From contig JBBRLX010000011.1 of the NCBI GenBank assembly GCA_038231135.1, positions 1-64,000 of the forward strand: a stretch of DNA of 64,000 nucleotides, written 5' to 3'. This DNA is from Candidatus Eiseniibacteriota bacterium. GTDB taxonomy: Bacteria; Eisenbacteria; RBG-16-71-46. The notes below the pieces were generated by a model. The model did no database searches, was not told the origin of the DNA, and saw nothing but the letters and a program-made list of their open reading frames with translations. Positions 19,032 to 30,081 of this stretch are shown here, one piece after another (within the stretch, counting starts at the first letter, position 1; each line of letters opens with the position of its first letter). The translations under genes were made by a program, and so were the position numbers.

Positions 19032-22000
19032 GTGAATCGAATTTCCAGCAGCCTGGCCCTGGCACTCGCGCTCGTCGTTACAGGGACCGCGCACGCGGCC
19101 GACGAGATCCACTGGACGCTCACCGGGCAGACGTCGGTAACGTTCGACTGGCGCGGTTCCGAAAGCCTGATCCGCTACGGGCTCACCCCCTCGTATGGGC
19201 AGTCGGTGACGGCGGCGACGCCGAGTCCGCTGCCGTTCTCCTCCGCGGGCCCGTTCTGGGAGGCTCCGATTACCGGCCTCCAGCCCGACCAGCTTTATCA
19301 CTACTCGATCGGCACCGGACCGGATCACACGTTCCACACCGCGCGCGCGCCCGGCGCTTCGAACTTCTCGGTGTACGTCGAAGGCGACATCGGCAGCACC
19401 GCGACGTCGACCTACTGGCGCGTGGGGCCGGTCCAGTCGCTGATCGCCACCGGGCAGCCGCAGTTCGCGCTGCTGGTGGGGGACCTCACCTACGGCAACG
19501 CGCACGGTCCCGACGACGTGGACCAGCACTTCAACGACGTGATGGTGTGGTCGCAGGACGCCGCGTACATGCCGGCGTGGGGCAATCACGAATACGAGAA
19601 CGACACGTACGTCGACGACCTCAGGAACTACAAGGGCCGGTTCGACCTGCCGAACGCCCATGCGTCGCCTGGCGTCGCCGCGACGTCGTGCTGCGGCGAG
19701 GACTGGTACTGGTTCGACTACGGCAACGTGCGGTTCATCGCCTACCCCGAGCCGACCTCGGGAGCATGGGCGGAGTGGTTCCCGCACGCGGACTCGTTGA
19801 TGAGCGTGGCGCAGGCCGACCCCAACATCTCGTTCATCGTGACGTTCGGTCATCGCCCCGCGTTCTCGACCGGCAATCATCCCGGCTCGCCGTCGCTCCA
19901 GACCTATCTGGGCCAGCTCGGCACGAAATACGCCAAGTACAAGCTGAATCTGAACGGACACAGCCACGACTACGAACGCAGCTATCCGCAGAACGGCGTG
20001 GTCCACATCACCTCGGGCGGCGGTGGCGCCACGCTGGAGGAGGCGTCCGGCACGTGCCTGTGGGCGGGGGGCTGCCCGCCGCCCGCATGGTCGGCGTTCC
20101 GCGCCTATCATCACGGCGCGGTGCGCCTGACGTTCAGCCAGGACGCCATCAAGGTGGAGGCGATCTGCGGCCCGGCCGGCGATACCGGCGCCAACAAGAA
20201 CGACGTCACGTGTGTGCAGGGCAGCGTGTACGACAGCGTGACGATCAAGGTCGACACTCCGATCGCCCACATCGACACGCCGACCACGGATGCGACGATC
20301 GAGCCCGGCCAGGCCGTGAACTTCACCGGCACGGCGTCGGATGACGATGGTGACATGCCGTTCTCGTACCTGTGGGACTTCGGCGGCGGTGCCCCGAACT
20401 CCACGGTCGAGGATCCCGGCAACGTCGTGTTCAACACGCCGGGCGTCTACAACGTGCGGTTCAGCGCCACCGACGTATCCGGCGAAGTCGACCTCACGCC
20501 GGACACCCGCGTGATCACGGTCGGTTCCGCGAACATTCCGCCCGACGGGCAGATCCTCGAGCCCGCCGGCCCCGTGACGATCCAGAAGGGCCAGAGCGTG
20601 ATGTTCCGCGGCCACGCGACCGATGCCAACGACTCCACGTTCACCTATGCGTGGAACTTCGACGACGGCGCGCCGAACGTGAACGTGCAGGATCCCGGGC
20701 TCGTGCGATTCGACATCATCGGTTCGTTCATCGTGCAGTTCATCGTCACGGATTCCCATGGGTTGAGCGATCCCACGCCGGCCGAAGTCGAGATCACGGT
20801 CACTCCGCCGCCGAACGTGGCCCCGTCAGGCGACATCGTGTCACCGGCCGCGGACGTTTCGATCGTGGCGGGCCAGTCGGTGAACTTCCAGGGCACGGGC
20901 GCCGATCCGGACAACAACCTGCCGCTCACCTACGCCTGGGACTTCGGCGGCGCCTCGCCCGGCTCGGGGCTCCAGAACCCGGGGCCGATCGTGTTCACCA
21001 CGGCCGGCTCCTACAGCGTCTCGTTCACGGTCATCGACGCGCTGGGGCTGCCGGACCCGACACCGGCGACGCGCACGATCACCGTTACGGCGCCCGTGAA
21101 TCGCGCCCCTGACGGCACCATCGTCGCCCCGGCGGCCGATGTCTCGATCGCGGCCGGCGACAGCGTCACGTTCACCGGCGCGGCCGCGGACTCCGACGGC
21201 GACGCGCTGACCTACCTGTGGAACTTCGGCGGCGGCCCCGCGAACGCCACGGTGCTGTCACCGGGCTGGGTGCGGTTCCCGACCGCGGGCACGTTCGCGG
21301 TGACGTTCACCGTCACCGATTCGCACGGCCTCGCGGATCCCACTCCAGCGACGCGCACGATCACCGTGCAGGGCGCGAACCAGCTGCCGATCGCGGCGCT
21401 CAACGTGGCCCCGGCCACCGGTAACGCCCCGCTCGTCACGATCGATGACGCCTCGGCATCGTTGGATCCCGACGGCAGCCTCGTCTCCTACACGTTCGAT
21501 TTCGGCGACGGCAGCCCGCCTCAGACCGACACCACGGCGTCCGTGCCGCACACCTACGTGGCCGGCTCGTACACCGCGAAGGTCACCGTGACGGACAACC
21601 ATGGCGCGACCCGCACGGCGACGCAGCCGGTGATCGTGGCGTCCGTGATCCCCGGCGTGAACTTCGCGACCAACAGTTCGGTCGAAACCGCGCTCACCGG
21701 CTGGATCGCGAACGGCGGCTCGACGCTGACGCGCGACCCGGGCGGCTTCGACGGCGCCTGGTGCATGAAGGCGATCGGCCCCGCGACCGCGACCTCGCAT
21801 GGCGTGAACGACAGCCCGAACTGGGTGAAGCAGATTCCGACGTCACACGTGGGGCTGCCGTACCGGTTCAGCGCGTGGGTGCGGTCTCCGCACAATACCG
21901 GCCTCGGCAAGATCCAGGTGCGCGAGTTCCTGGGCTCGCAGCGCATCGGTCCCGCGACGTTCTCGACCCCGGTGCCGCTGACCCCGACCTGGCAGCTCGT

Positions 22001-22430
22001 CACGGTGGACCACTACGCGCAGCAGTCCGGCACCACGCTGGACTTCCAGGTGCTCGACTACGCCGTCGCGCCGAGCGAGACCCTGTTCGTGGACAACATC
22101 TCGATCAAGGCGATCGGCGCCACCACCGGCGTCGACCCGTTCGCGGGCACGACCGAATTCGCGGCGCTGATGACGCCGAACCCGCTGCATGGCGGCGGCG
22201 AGATCCACATGGTGTTGCCGCGCGCCGGGTTCGCGCGCGTCGACGTGCTCGACCTGAGCGGACGGCGGGTGCGCACGCTGCTCGACGAGCGCGACCTGAG
22301 CCCCGGATCGAGGTCGGTGGCGTTCGACGGCCACAACACGGGCGGCATGCCGCTGGCGTCCGGCGTGTACTTCTACCGGGTCGAGACCGCGTCCGGCACG
22401 ATCACCCATCGCTTCGCGATTCTGAGGTAG
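19032..22430 (+). CDS. Secreted purple acid phosphatase-like metallophosphoesterase with 5 PKD domains, a CBM-like domain and FlgD-Ig tail
   Basis: GTG with GAGGA RBS, signal ending AHA; GDIG, GDLTY, GNHE, GHSH; five (W/F)(D/N)F(G/D)xG PKD cores; PNP...DLSGRRVR...SGVYF. Confidence 0.87.
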   Translation: MNRISSSLALALALVVTGTAHAADEIHWTLTGQTSVTFDWRGSESLIRYGLTPSYGQSVTAATPSPLPFSSAGPFWEAPITGLQPDQLYHYSIGTGPDHTFHTARAPGASNFSVYVEGDIGSTATSTYWRVGPVQSLIATGQPQFALLVGDLTYGNAHGPDDVDQHFNDVMVWSQDAAYMPAWGNHEYENDTYVDDLRNYKGRFDLPNAHASPGVAATSCCGEDWYWFDYGNVRFIAYPEPTSGAWAEWFPHADSLMSVAQADPNISFIVTFGHRPAFSTGNHPGSPSLQTYLGQLGTKYAKYKLNLNGHSHDYERSYPQNGVVHITSGGGGATLEEASGTCLWAGGCPPPAWSAFRAYHHGAVRLTFSQDAIKVEAICGPAGDTGANKNDVTCVQGSVYDSVTIKVDTPIAHIDTPTTDATIEPGQAVNFTGTASDDDGDMPFSYLWDFGGGAPNSTVEDPGNVVFNTPGVYNVRFSATDVSGEVDLTPDTRVITVGSANIPPDGQILEPAGPVTIQKGQSVMFRGHATDANDSTFTYAWNFDDGAPNVNVQDPGLVRFDIIGSFIVQFIVTDSHGLSDPTPAEVEITVTPPPNVAPSGDIVSPAADVSIVAGQSVNFQGTGADPDNNLPLTYAWDFGGASPGSGLQNPGPIVFTTAGSYSVSFTVIDALGLPDPTPATRTITVTAPVNRAPDGTIVAPAADVSIAAGDSVTFTGAAADSDGDALTYLWNFGGGPANATVLSPGWVRFPTAGTFAVTFTVTDSHGLADPTPATRTITVQGANQLPIAALNVAPATGNAPLVTIDDASASLDPDGSLVSYTFDFGDGSPPQTDTTASVPHTYVAGSYTAKVTVTDNHGATRTATQPVIVASVIPGVNFATNSSVETALTGWIANGGSTLTRDPGGFDGAWCMKAIGPATATSHGVNDSPNWVKQIPTSHVGLPYRFSAWVRSPHNTGLGKIQVREFLGSQRIGPATFSTPVPLTPTWQLVTVDHYAQQSGTTLDFQVLDYAVAPSETLFVDNISIKAIGATTGVDPFAGTTEFAALMTPNPLHGGGEIHMVLPRAGFARVDVLDLSGRRVRTLLDERDLSPGSRSVAFDGHNTGGMPLASGVYFYRVETASGTITHRFAILR

Positions 22431-22519
22431 GCGCTCAACCCCTTGCTGCCTCGCGGGAACGTCTCGGGCATCCCCCGCGACGAACGTGCGATCGCAGCCG
22501 CCACTCCGAATCGACACGC

Positions 22520-22548
22520 AACGCCGCGCCAGGGATTGCGCGGCGTTT
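22520..22548. terminator. Hairpin between convergent genes (possible bidirectional terminator)
   Basis: AACGCCGCGC/GCGCGGCGTT 10-bp stem. Confidence 0.5.
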
Positions 22549-22561
22549 CGGCGTATGAAGG

Positions 22562-23605
22562 CTAGGGACCGCACAGCAGGCGGGCGAGGCCGAACGACAG
22601 CGACGACAGGAACACCCACTGCGCGGCACCCGCCGCGATCGGGCGGATGCCGGCGGCGCGCAGGTCGCCGAAGCCGGTGACGAGCCCCACGCCCGCCATG
22701 CCGATGCACAGCAGCCACAGGTCGAGGTTGAGCAGGCCGTCCACGACGGCCTTGGGCAGGATGTGGGTCGAGTTCACGATCGCGAACACCAGGAACAGCA
22801 CGAGGAACCACGGCAGCGGCGACACCCGTGCGCGCCCTGCGGCGATGTGGTGGCGCCGCATCGACCACGCGAGCCACAGCACCACCGGCGCGAGCAGCGC
22901 GATGCGCGCGAGCTTCACCACGGTCGCGACCCGCGCCGCCTCGTCGCTCACGCCGAACCCGGCGGCCACGACCTGTGCCATTTCGTGCAGGCTCGCGCCA
23001 TCCCACACGCCGTAGAGGAAGTCGCTCATGTGGGCGGCGTGCTGGATCAGCGGATAGAGCACGATCCCGACGGTGCCCAGCAGCGTGATCACCCCGAGCG
23101 CCACCGCCGAGTCGCGGTGCTCGCCCTGCACCACGGAATCCGCGGCCACGACCGCCGACGCCCCGCAGATCGCGCCGCCGACGCCGAGCAACAGGCCGAG
23201 CTTGGGCGGCAGGCCGAGGCGCCGCGCGACCCACCAGCCGAACGCCAGCGCCGCGAACGTCGATACGGTGACGACGATCAGCGCCGGCGGGCCGATGCGC
23301 GCCAGCTCGCCGAGCCCGAGCCGGAACCCCAGCCCCGCCACCGCCCAGCGCAGCACCGGACGCTGCGCGAATCGAACGCCGGGATTCGCCCAGGCCGGGA
23401 GCTTCCGCAGCGAGGTCAGCACCATGCCCAGCAGGATGACGAGCAACAGCGCGCTCACGTGCAGCGCGTTCTTGACCCACGGCAGGTTCGCGAGCCCCAT
23501 CGCGGCCGCGGCGAGCGCCACGCACAGCAGCACGCCGGGCACGAGCGCGAGCGCGGCGTTCGGAGGGGCGGCGCCGGGCGCGGGCGCGGCGGTGGGTGCG
23601 TTCAA
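22562..23605 (-). CDS. YeiH/UPF0324 putative sulfate exporter family membrane protein
   Basis: GGAICGASAVVAA, GASLHEMAQVVAA, VVKLARIALL; about 10 TM; TTG start overlaps the upstream stop (start uncertain). Confidence 0.85.
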   Translation of the reverse strand: MNAPTAAPAPGAAPPNAALALVPGVLLCVALAAAAMGLANLPWVKNALHVSALLLVILLGMVLTSLRKLPAWANPGVRFAQRPVLRWAVAGLGFRLGLGELARIGPPALIVVTVSTFAALAFGWWVARRLGLPPKLGLLLGVGGAICGASAVVAADSVVQGEHRDSAVALGVITLLGTVGIVLYPLIQHAAHMSDFLYGVWDGASLHEMAQVVAAGFGVSDEAARVATVVKLARIALLAPVVLWLAWSMRRHHIAAGRARVSPLPWFLVLFLVFAIVNSTHILPKAVVDGLLNLDLWLLCIGMAGVGLVTGFGDLRAAGIRPIAAGAAQWVFLSSLSFGLARLLCGP

Positions 23606-24177
23606 GAGGTGTAGGACAGCTCGCGATACTTGCGACGGTAGCCGTTGTCGCCGACCGGTTCGAAGATGTGGCAGTAGGTCATCTCGCCGCCGTACACATG
23701 GAGCGTGATCGCCGGCGAGGTTTCGGGATTCTCGAGCACGTGGTATTCGAACGGCGGGATCAGCGCACCCGCTTCGGCGACGCCGGCGCGCACCTGCTTC
23801 TCGCGCGCGAACTGCACCACGTCGGTCTCGGGATCCCCGCCGCGCACGGAGTACGACGTGACCTGAATCACGCCCCGGTAGACGCACTCGACGCACCACG
23901 TGCCGGCGTGATCGTGCAGCGGCGTGCCCTGGCCGCGATCCCACACCATGACGAGCACGGTGTAGCGGCCGGCCGGGTCCCGATGCAACAGCCGGCGCGC
24001 GTAGCGATCGGGCGCCGGCTCGAGGAACGTGGCCGGGACGAACTGTTCGCCGCTGCCGACCACGTCGATCAACACCTGTTTGACGTTGCGACATCGCGTC
24101 GCGTCGTCCGGCGCCGCGACGGCGACGTCGATCCGGCGGATCAACTCGTTCACCCTGGAATCTGCGGTCGTGGTCAT
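23602..24177 (-). CDS. Cysteine dioxygenase-like cupin
   Basis: YARRLL, WDRGQGTPLHDH, EYHVLEN, TLHVY; ATG with GGAGG RBS. Confidence 0.85.
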   Translation of the reverse strand: MTTTADSRVNELIRRIDVAVAAPDDATRCRNVKQVLIDVVGSGEQFVPATFLEPAPDRYARRLLHRDPAGRYTVLVMVWDRGQGTPLHDHAGTWCVECVYRGVIQVTSYSVRGGDPETDVVQFAREKQVRAGVAEAGALIPPFEYHVLENPETSPAITLHVYGGEMTYCHIFEPVGDNGYRRKYRELSYTS

Positions 24178-24333
24178 GGTGACGTCCTCCGTGGGTCGGT
24201 ATCGTAGCAGAGCCCGTGACGGCTGCGCAGCCGCGAATGATCGCCGGCCGGGCCACCCCGCGGCGGCGGGAGTCGCGTGCGTCCGCGGGCACCCTGCGGC
24301 GATCGGAGCCACGTACGGCCCGCGGTTACCGGG

Positions 24334-25467
24334 TCACGGCAGGAAGTAGAACGCGATCCCCAGCACCAGGTAGACCGCGAGCAGCAGCGCGCCCTCGAGC
24401 CAGTTCGATTCGCCGTCCTGCGCCACCAGGTTCGAGACGGCGGCGGCGATCGCGACCGCCATCACCTCGAACAGCGTGAACCGCAGGTCCATCGGGTGGG
24501 GCCCGATGAAGTAGGACGCGAACACCAGCACCGGCGCGACGAACAGCGCGATCTGGATGCTCGAGCCGGTCGCCACCGTCATCGACAGATCCATGCGGTT
24601 GCGAATCGCGGCGAGCACCGCGGTCGAATGCTCCGCGGCGTTGCCGATGATCGCGACCACGATCACGCCCACGAACACCTCGGTCAGCCCCAGCGTGTGC
24701 GACGCGGCCTCGACGGCGCCGACCAGCACCTCGCTCATCCACGCGATGAGTCCGGTCGCGACGAGCAGCGTGGCCACCGAACGGCCGATCGGACGCGCAG
24801 GGTGGGCGGCCGCAGGTTCGGGCGGATCGCCGGTGTACAGGTGCTTGTGCGTGCGCAGGGTGAACAGCAGGCTGAGCAGGTAGCTCCCAAACAGCACGAT
24901 CGAGATCTCGAGCGACAGGCCATGCTCGATCGCGAACTGATGCGCGAGCGTGATGCCGCCCTCGCGCACCGCCTCGTGGGCCACGAGGTGGAACAGCGCC
25001 GGCACCAGGAGTCCGATCGCCGCGAGCGCCAGCAGCGTGGAGCCGACGCCGGCCGCGCTGCGGTCGAACGTCTGCTTGTCGCGCCGGGCGCCGCCGCACA
25101 CGATCGACAGCCCCATCACCAGCAGCACGTTGCCGATGATCGAGCCGGTGAGCGACGCCTTGACGACGTCGTGGAGCCCGCGATGCAGCGCCATCAGCGC
25201 GATGATCAGCTCGGCGGCGTTGCCGAACGTGGCGTTGAGCAGCCCGCCCACGCCGGCGCCGAGCCGGTCCGCCAGCGCCTCGGTGGCGTGGCCCATGATG
25301 CCGGCGAGCGGCACGATCGCGAGCGCGGCACAGCCGAACACGGCGGCTGCGCTCCAGTGCAACCACGCTCCGAGCGCCGTGATCGGCACGAACACCAGCA
25401 GCGCGTAGAGCAGATGGCTGGCACGGAGGCCGCCGCGGGGGGCGGTGGCGGCCGTCGATGACGACAT
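24334..25467 (-). CDS. cax: Ca2+/H+ antiporter (CaCA family)
   Basis: [45 protein letters not shown]; alternative start at 25524. Confidence 0.92.
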   Translation of the reverse strand: MSSSTAATAPRGGLRASHLLYALLVFVPITALGAWLHWSAAAVFGCAALAIVPLAGIMGHATEALADRLGAGVGGLLNATFGNAAELIIALMALHRGLHDVVKASLTGSIIGNVLLVMGLSIVCGGARRDKQTFDRSAAGVGSTLLALAAIGLLVPALFHLVAHEAVREGGITLAHQFAIEHGLSLEISIVLFGSYLLSLLFTLRTHKHLYTGDPPEPAAAHPARPIGRSVATLLVATGLIAWMSEVLVGAVEAASHTLGLTEVFVGVIVVAIIGNAAEHSTAVLAAIRNRMDLSMTVATGSSIQIALFVAPVLVFASYFIGPHPMDLRFTLFEVMAVAIAAAVSNLVAQDGESNWLEGALLLAVYLVLGIAFYFLP

Positions 25468-25484
25468 TGCGCCGGGCGGTGGGG

Positions 25485-26180
25485 TCAGTGGCTGGTGGAG
25501 TCGGGAGTCGCGTTGCGCAACCATCCGCCGCCCGTCATGCCCGCACCCGGCAGGCCGGGTGGCGCGCCGGGCGGAGTGCCGGCGCGGGTGGCCGGGGCGG
25601 ATTCTGGCGGTGACGGAGCGCCGTAGTTGAGGCGCGTCATGGTCGTGCCGCCGGATTGGATCGTCACCACGTACAGCGGATCGAACCCGCCGTCGAACGT
25701 CGCCGGCCGGCCGGTGAGTGCGGTGATGAGCTGGGGAATCGTGTTGCTGTGGCCGACGACGAGCGCCGTGCGGCCGTGGTTCTCGGTCAGGATGCGCCGG
25801 GCCTGGGCGGCGAAATCCGAGCCGCGCAGCACCCGCACCGAGTCGCCGATCAGCTTCGCCACCGGCTCGCCGGTCATGCGGGTGCGGGCGAATTCGGTCA
25901 CGTAGACGGATGCGATGTGGCTGGCCGCGAGCACGTGAACGAGTTCCGCGGCGCGCGCTTCACCATCGCGGGTGAGCGGTGGATCGGAGCCGAGGAACGC
26001 GTCGTTGCGCTCGGCGTGGCGCACGAGGATCACGGTGGTGACGGACGTGTCGGTGACGGCGGACGGGACTGCCGGGCGGGTCGCGACGGCCGTAGCGTCT
26101 GTGGCGGCAGCGGTCGCGGCCATGAGTACGGCGAATCCCAACCAGGCGATGACGGCGACGTGAATCCGCGCGGGCGACAT
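25485..26180 (-). CDS. Secreted histidine phosphatase (PGM/SixA-like)
   Basis: Signal peptide; [20 protein letters not shown]. Confidence 0.8.
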   Translation of the reverse strand: MSPARIHVAVIAWLGFAVLMAATAAATDATAVATRPAVPSAVTDTSVTTVILVRHAERNDAFLGSDPPLTRDGEARAAELVHVLAASHIASVYVTEFARTRMTGEPVAKLIGDSVRVLRGSDFAAQARRILTENHGRTALVVGHSNTIPQLITALTGRPATFDGGFDPLYVVTIQSGGTTMTRLNYGAPSPPESAPATRAGTPPGAPPGLPGAGMTGGGWLRNATPDSTSH

Positions 26181-26331
26181 GGGGCTCCTCGCCGGGATTG
26201 CCCGTGATACACCACGAGCGGGGCTTGAGGCCCCGCCCGCGACATTCCCTGGAGCAACCACCGAAGGTCCCGGGGTGAATTCCGGCGACCCCTGAACGGC
26301 GGCCGCCGTGCATCGATCCGGGAGCGTTGCG

Positions 26332-29300
26332 CTACGAACAACCCATCGAAGTTCCGCAATTGAGGCACTTGAAGCACGTGCCGTTGCGCAGCGTGATGTG
26401 CCCGCAATTGTCGCACAACGGCGCGTCGCCGGAAAGTTTTCCCATCAGCCGGTCCATCTGCCGGTCCGCCGCCGTGTCGGCCGGAGTCCGGTGGGCGGCA
26501 GCGCCGAGGTCGGTCACACCCCCGGCCGCTGCCGCAGACGCGGCCGGTGCCTCGGAGCTCGTGGTTCCGGCGACGTCCGCGTGGCCGTTGGCGGCGGGAG
26601 CATGACCATTGCCGCCCGTGTGCTCGCGGCCCACGGGATGCCCGGTCGCGTGTTCGCGCGAGATATGGAGATCGTCCGGCAGCACGTGCGCCAGATCGGT
26701 GCGTCCCTGGTACTCGAGGCCCAGCACCCGGAACACGTAGTCCACGACGCTCGTGCACGACCGGATGTTCTCGTGGCCATCGACCCGGCCGTGGGGTTCG
26801 AAGCGCGTGAACGTGAACTGGTCGACGAGATCCTCGAGCGGCACGCCGTACTGCAGGCCGAGCGAGATCGAGATCGCGAAGCAGTTCATGATGCTGCGGA
26901 ACGAGGCGCCTTCCTTGTGCATGTCGATGAAGATCTCGCCCAGCGTGCCGTCCTCGTATTCCCCGGTGCGCAGGAACACCTTGTGGCCGGCGATCCGCGC
27001 CTCCTGGTTGAAGCCGTGGCGGCGCGGCGGCAGCCGGCGGCGGCGCAGCTTGGGCGGCGGGCTCGAACTCGAGTCCTCCTGGCGGGTCGACGCCAGCGGC
27101 TGGCTGAGCTTGCTGCCGTCGCGGTACAGCGCCACGGCCTTGAGCCCGAGCCGCCACGACTCCGTGTAGATCTTCTCGACCTCCTCGACGGTGGAATCGC
27201 CCGGCAGGTTCACGGTCTTGCTGATCGCGCCCGAGATGAACGGCTGCACCGCCGCCATCATGCGGACGTGGCCCATGGGCGGAATGAACCGCGTGCCGCG
27301 CGGGCCGCAGCGATTCGCGCAATCGAACGCCGGCAGGTCCGCGACGCGGAGACCCGGCGCGCCCTCGACGCTCTGGCTGCCGCAGATCGCGGTGTTCGCC
27401 TCCTCGATCTGCGCGTCGGTGAAGCCCAGGAACGGCAGTGCCGAGAACGCCGGCTTCTCGCGCTCGGCCAGCCCCACGCCGAGCCGCGTCAGCACTTCGT
27501 CGCCCAGCATGCCGCGCGAGAACGCGAACCGGATGTCGAGCATGCCCGGCAGCGACTGCTCGATGCGGTCGATCTCGGCCGGCGTCAGGCGCTTCTGCAG
27601 CAGCGTCGCGCGGTTGACGTGCGGGGCGTTCTCGAACGTCCCGTATCCGACCGCATAGCGGACGACGCGCTCGATCTCGGGATCGTCATAGCCCAGCCGC
27701 CGCAGCGCCGCCGGCACCGACTGGTTCACGATCTTGAAGTAACCGCCGCCCGCCAGCTTCTTGAACTTCACCAGCGCGAAGTCGGGCTCGACACCCGTGG
27801 TGTCGCAATCCATGAGCAGACCGATCGTGCCGGTGGGCGCGAGCACGGTGGCCTGCGCGTTGCGATAGCCGTTCTCCGCCCCGAGCTGCACGGCGCGGTC
27901 CCAGCACTCGACGGCCGCCGCCTTGAGGTCGCGGGGCGCGAACTTGTGGTCGATCGATCGCGCGTGGTTGCGGTGCAGGCGCATCACTTCGAGCATGCTG
28001 TCGCGGTTCGCCGCGTAACCCGCGAACGGCCCCTTGCTGGCCGCCATCTCGGCCGACAGCGCATAGGCCTCGCCGGTCATGATCCCGGTGAGGCAGGCGG
28101 CATACGCGCGCGCGGGCTCGCTGTCGTACGGCAGGCCCTGCACCATCAGCAGCGTGCCCAGGTTCGCGTAGCCGAGCCCGAGCGGCCGGTAGTCGAACGA
28201 GCGCCGGGCGATCTTGTCGGTCGGGTAGCTCGCGAAGCTGACGAGGATCTCCTGAGCCAGGAAGAACACGCGGTTCGCGTGGCGGTAGCCCTCGATGTCG
28301 AACGCGCCGTCCGCGCCCAGGAACTTCATGAGGTTGACCGACGCCAGGTTGCACGCGGTGTCGTCGAGGTGCAGGAACTCGGAGCACGGGTTGCTCGCGT
28401 AGATCCGGTCCGTGGCCTTGACCGTGTGCCACTTCTGGATCGTGTCGTCGAACTGGACGCCGGGATCGGCGCAGTGCCACGCGGCTTCCGCGACCTTCTT
28501 CCAGATGCCGCGCGCCGGCTTGGTCTCGTGGACCTGGCCCGTGGTGCGGAACGTCGTCTGCCACGTGCCGTTGTCCAGCACCGCCTCCATGAAGCGGTCG
28601 GGCACGCGCACGGAGTTGTTCGAGTTCTGGCCCGACACGGTGGCGTAGGCGTCGCCGTTGAAATCCGACGAATAGCCCGACGCGACGAGCGCGGCGACCT
28701 TCTTCTCCTCGCGCATCTTCCAGGTGATGAAGTCCTCGATCTCGGGGTGGTCCATGTCGAGCACCACCATCTTGGCGGCCCGCCGCGTGGTGCCGCCGGA
28801 CTTGGTGGCGCCGGCGCCGCGATCGAGCACCTCGAGGAACGACATCAGGCCCGACGAGGTGCCGCCGCCCGACAGCTTCTCCATGCGGCCGCGCAGTCGC
28901 GAGAAGTTGGTGCCGGTGCCGGAGCCGAACTTGAATACCCGCGCTTCGTTCCTGGCCAGCTCGAAGATCGACATCAGGTCGTCGTCGACGGACTGGATGA
29001 AGCACGCCGACACCTGGGGATGCGAGTAGGAGTCGGTCGTGACGCGGACCTCGTTCGTGTGCGAATCGGTGTAGTAGTTCCCGCCCGAGCCCGCGATGCC
29101 GTACTCGTGCTGGAGCCCGCAGTTGAACCATACCGGTGAATTGAACGCGCCGATTTGATGCACCAGCATGTGGACCAATTCGGCCTCGAACGCCTCGGCG
29201 TCGGCCGGGGTGGCGAAGTAACCGCCTTGTTCCTCGCCGGTTACGCGTGTGGTATGGGCGATGCGATGCACGACCTGCCGCACGCTGGTCTCGTGCCCGG

Positions 29301-29571
29301 GGGTGCCCGGCAAGCCCGCCTTGCGAAAGTACTTGCTCACCACGATGTCGGTCGCGAGCTGCGACCACTCGGCGGGCACCTCGACCTCGTCCATGCGAAA
29401 CACCACGGAGCCGTCGGGGTTGGCGATCACGGTGCGGCGCTTGTCCCAGATGACTTCGTCGAGCGGATTCACGCCGGGGCGGGTCCAGAACCGCGGCACG
29501 CGGACTCCGGATCCGTTCGGCGGCAGATTGTTCGCGGCGGGGGTCGGATCGTTCGAAATGGTGAGGGTCAT
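26332..29571 (-). CDS. nrdJ: Adenosylcobalamin-dependent (class II) ribonucleotide reductase
   Basis: [56 protein letters not shown]-terminal TSCPD-like domain and CxxC..CxxC. Confidence 0.95.
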   Translation of the reverse strand: MTLTISNDPTPAANNLPPNGSGVRVPRFWTRPGVNPLDEVIWDKRRTVIANPDGSVVFRMDEVEVPAEWSQLATDIVVSKYFRKAGLPGTPGHETSVRQVVHRIAHTTRVTGEEQGGYFATPADAEAFEAELVHMLVHQIGAFNSPVWFNCGLQHEYGIAGSGGNYYTDSHTNEVRVTTDSYSHPQVSACFIQSVDDDLMSIFELARNEARVFKFGSGTGTNFSRLRGRMEKLSGGGTSSGLMSFLEVLDRGAGATKSGGTTRRAAKMVVLDMDHPEIEDFITWKMREEKKVAALVASGYSSDFNGDAYATVSGQNSNNSVRVPDRFMEAVLDNGTWQTTFRTTGQVHETKPARGIWKKVAEAAWHCADPGVQFDDTIQKWHTVKATDRIYASNPCSEFLHLDDTACNLASVNLMKFLGADGAFDIEGYRHANRVFFLAQEILVSFASYPTDKIARRSFDYRPLGLGYANLGTLLMVQGLPYDSEPARAYAACLTGIMTGEAYALSAEMAASKGPFAGYAANRDSMLEVMRLHRNHARSIDHKFAPRDLKAAAVECWDRAVQLGAENGYRNAQATVLAPTGTIGLLMDCDTTGVEPDFALVKFKKLAGGGYFKIVNQSVPAALRRLGYDDPEIERVVRYAVGYGTFENAPHVNRATLLQKRLTPAEIDRIEQSLPGMLDIRFAFSRGMLGDEVLTRLGVGLAEREKPAFSALPFLGFTDAQIEEANTAICGSQSVEGAPGLRVADLPAFDCANRCGPRGTRFIPPMGHVRMMAAVQPFISGAISKTVNLPGDSTVEEVEKIYTESWRLGLKAVALYRDGSKLSQPLASTRQEDSSSSPPPKLRRRRLPPRRHGFNQEARIAGHKVFLRTGEYEDGTLGEIFIDMHKEGASFRSIMNCFAISISLGLQYGVPLEDLVDQFTFTRFEPHGRVDGHENIRSCTSVVDYVFRVLGLEYQGRTDLAHVLPDDLHISREHATGHPVGREHTGGNGHAPAANGHADVAGTTSSEAPAASAAAAGGVTDLGAAAHRTPADTAADRQMDRLMGKLSGDAPLCDNCGHITLRNGTCFKCLNCGTSMGCS

Positions 29572-30081
29572 GCAAGGACCTCCCTGGTCCCGAGGAAACG
29601 ATTCGTCCCTGTCAGGTCAGGCCGGGACGGCGCTCCATGGAGGTTTCGGAACGCCGGGGCGGTCTGCCCATCGTCGGTGAATCGAATCGATGGTCGAGCG
29701 GTGGCATCGGGTCCCCGCATGGGCGAGATCCCACGTTGCGAGGGGTAGCGTTTATAAGCTCGAGTCTTTGCCCGCCGCAACAGAGAAATTGACGAGCAAC
29801 GATGCGGCTCCGACCATCGCGTGTTCGTTCGAGTCAACAACGATCATAGCGCGGCGATCATGATTTCGCGACGCGCATGTTCACCCGAGCCTTAGTCGCG
29901 CAGCGCTACGTTCCCGCATTCGGTACGCAACAACGTCATGAAGATCTCCGTTCCACGCACAGCCGCAGTCGCTTAGCAGTCGCACCGGGGCCCATCGCGT
30001 CCGTCACGTGAGGATGTGGAGACTCCATCGCAGGCCGGCTCGACTTTACACGCATCACGGCAGCGGTGAGACTTCGCGACC

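Noticed and set aside
29608..29640. GTCAGGTCAGGCCGGGACGG resembling the SRP RNA core
   Set aside because: It lacks the GGAA loop and AGCAGC partner strand, and there is no long flanking helix.
29572..30081. Expected cobalamin riboswitch or NrdR box upstream of nrdJ; intein in nrdJ
   Set aside because: No recognisable B12-box or NrdR palindrome was seen by eye, and the protein has no intein-like insertion.
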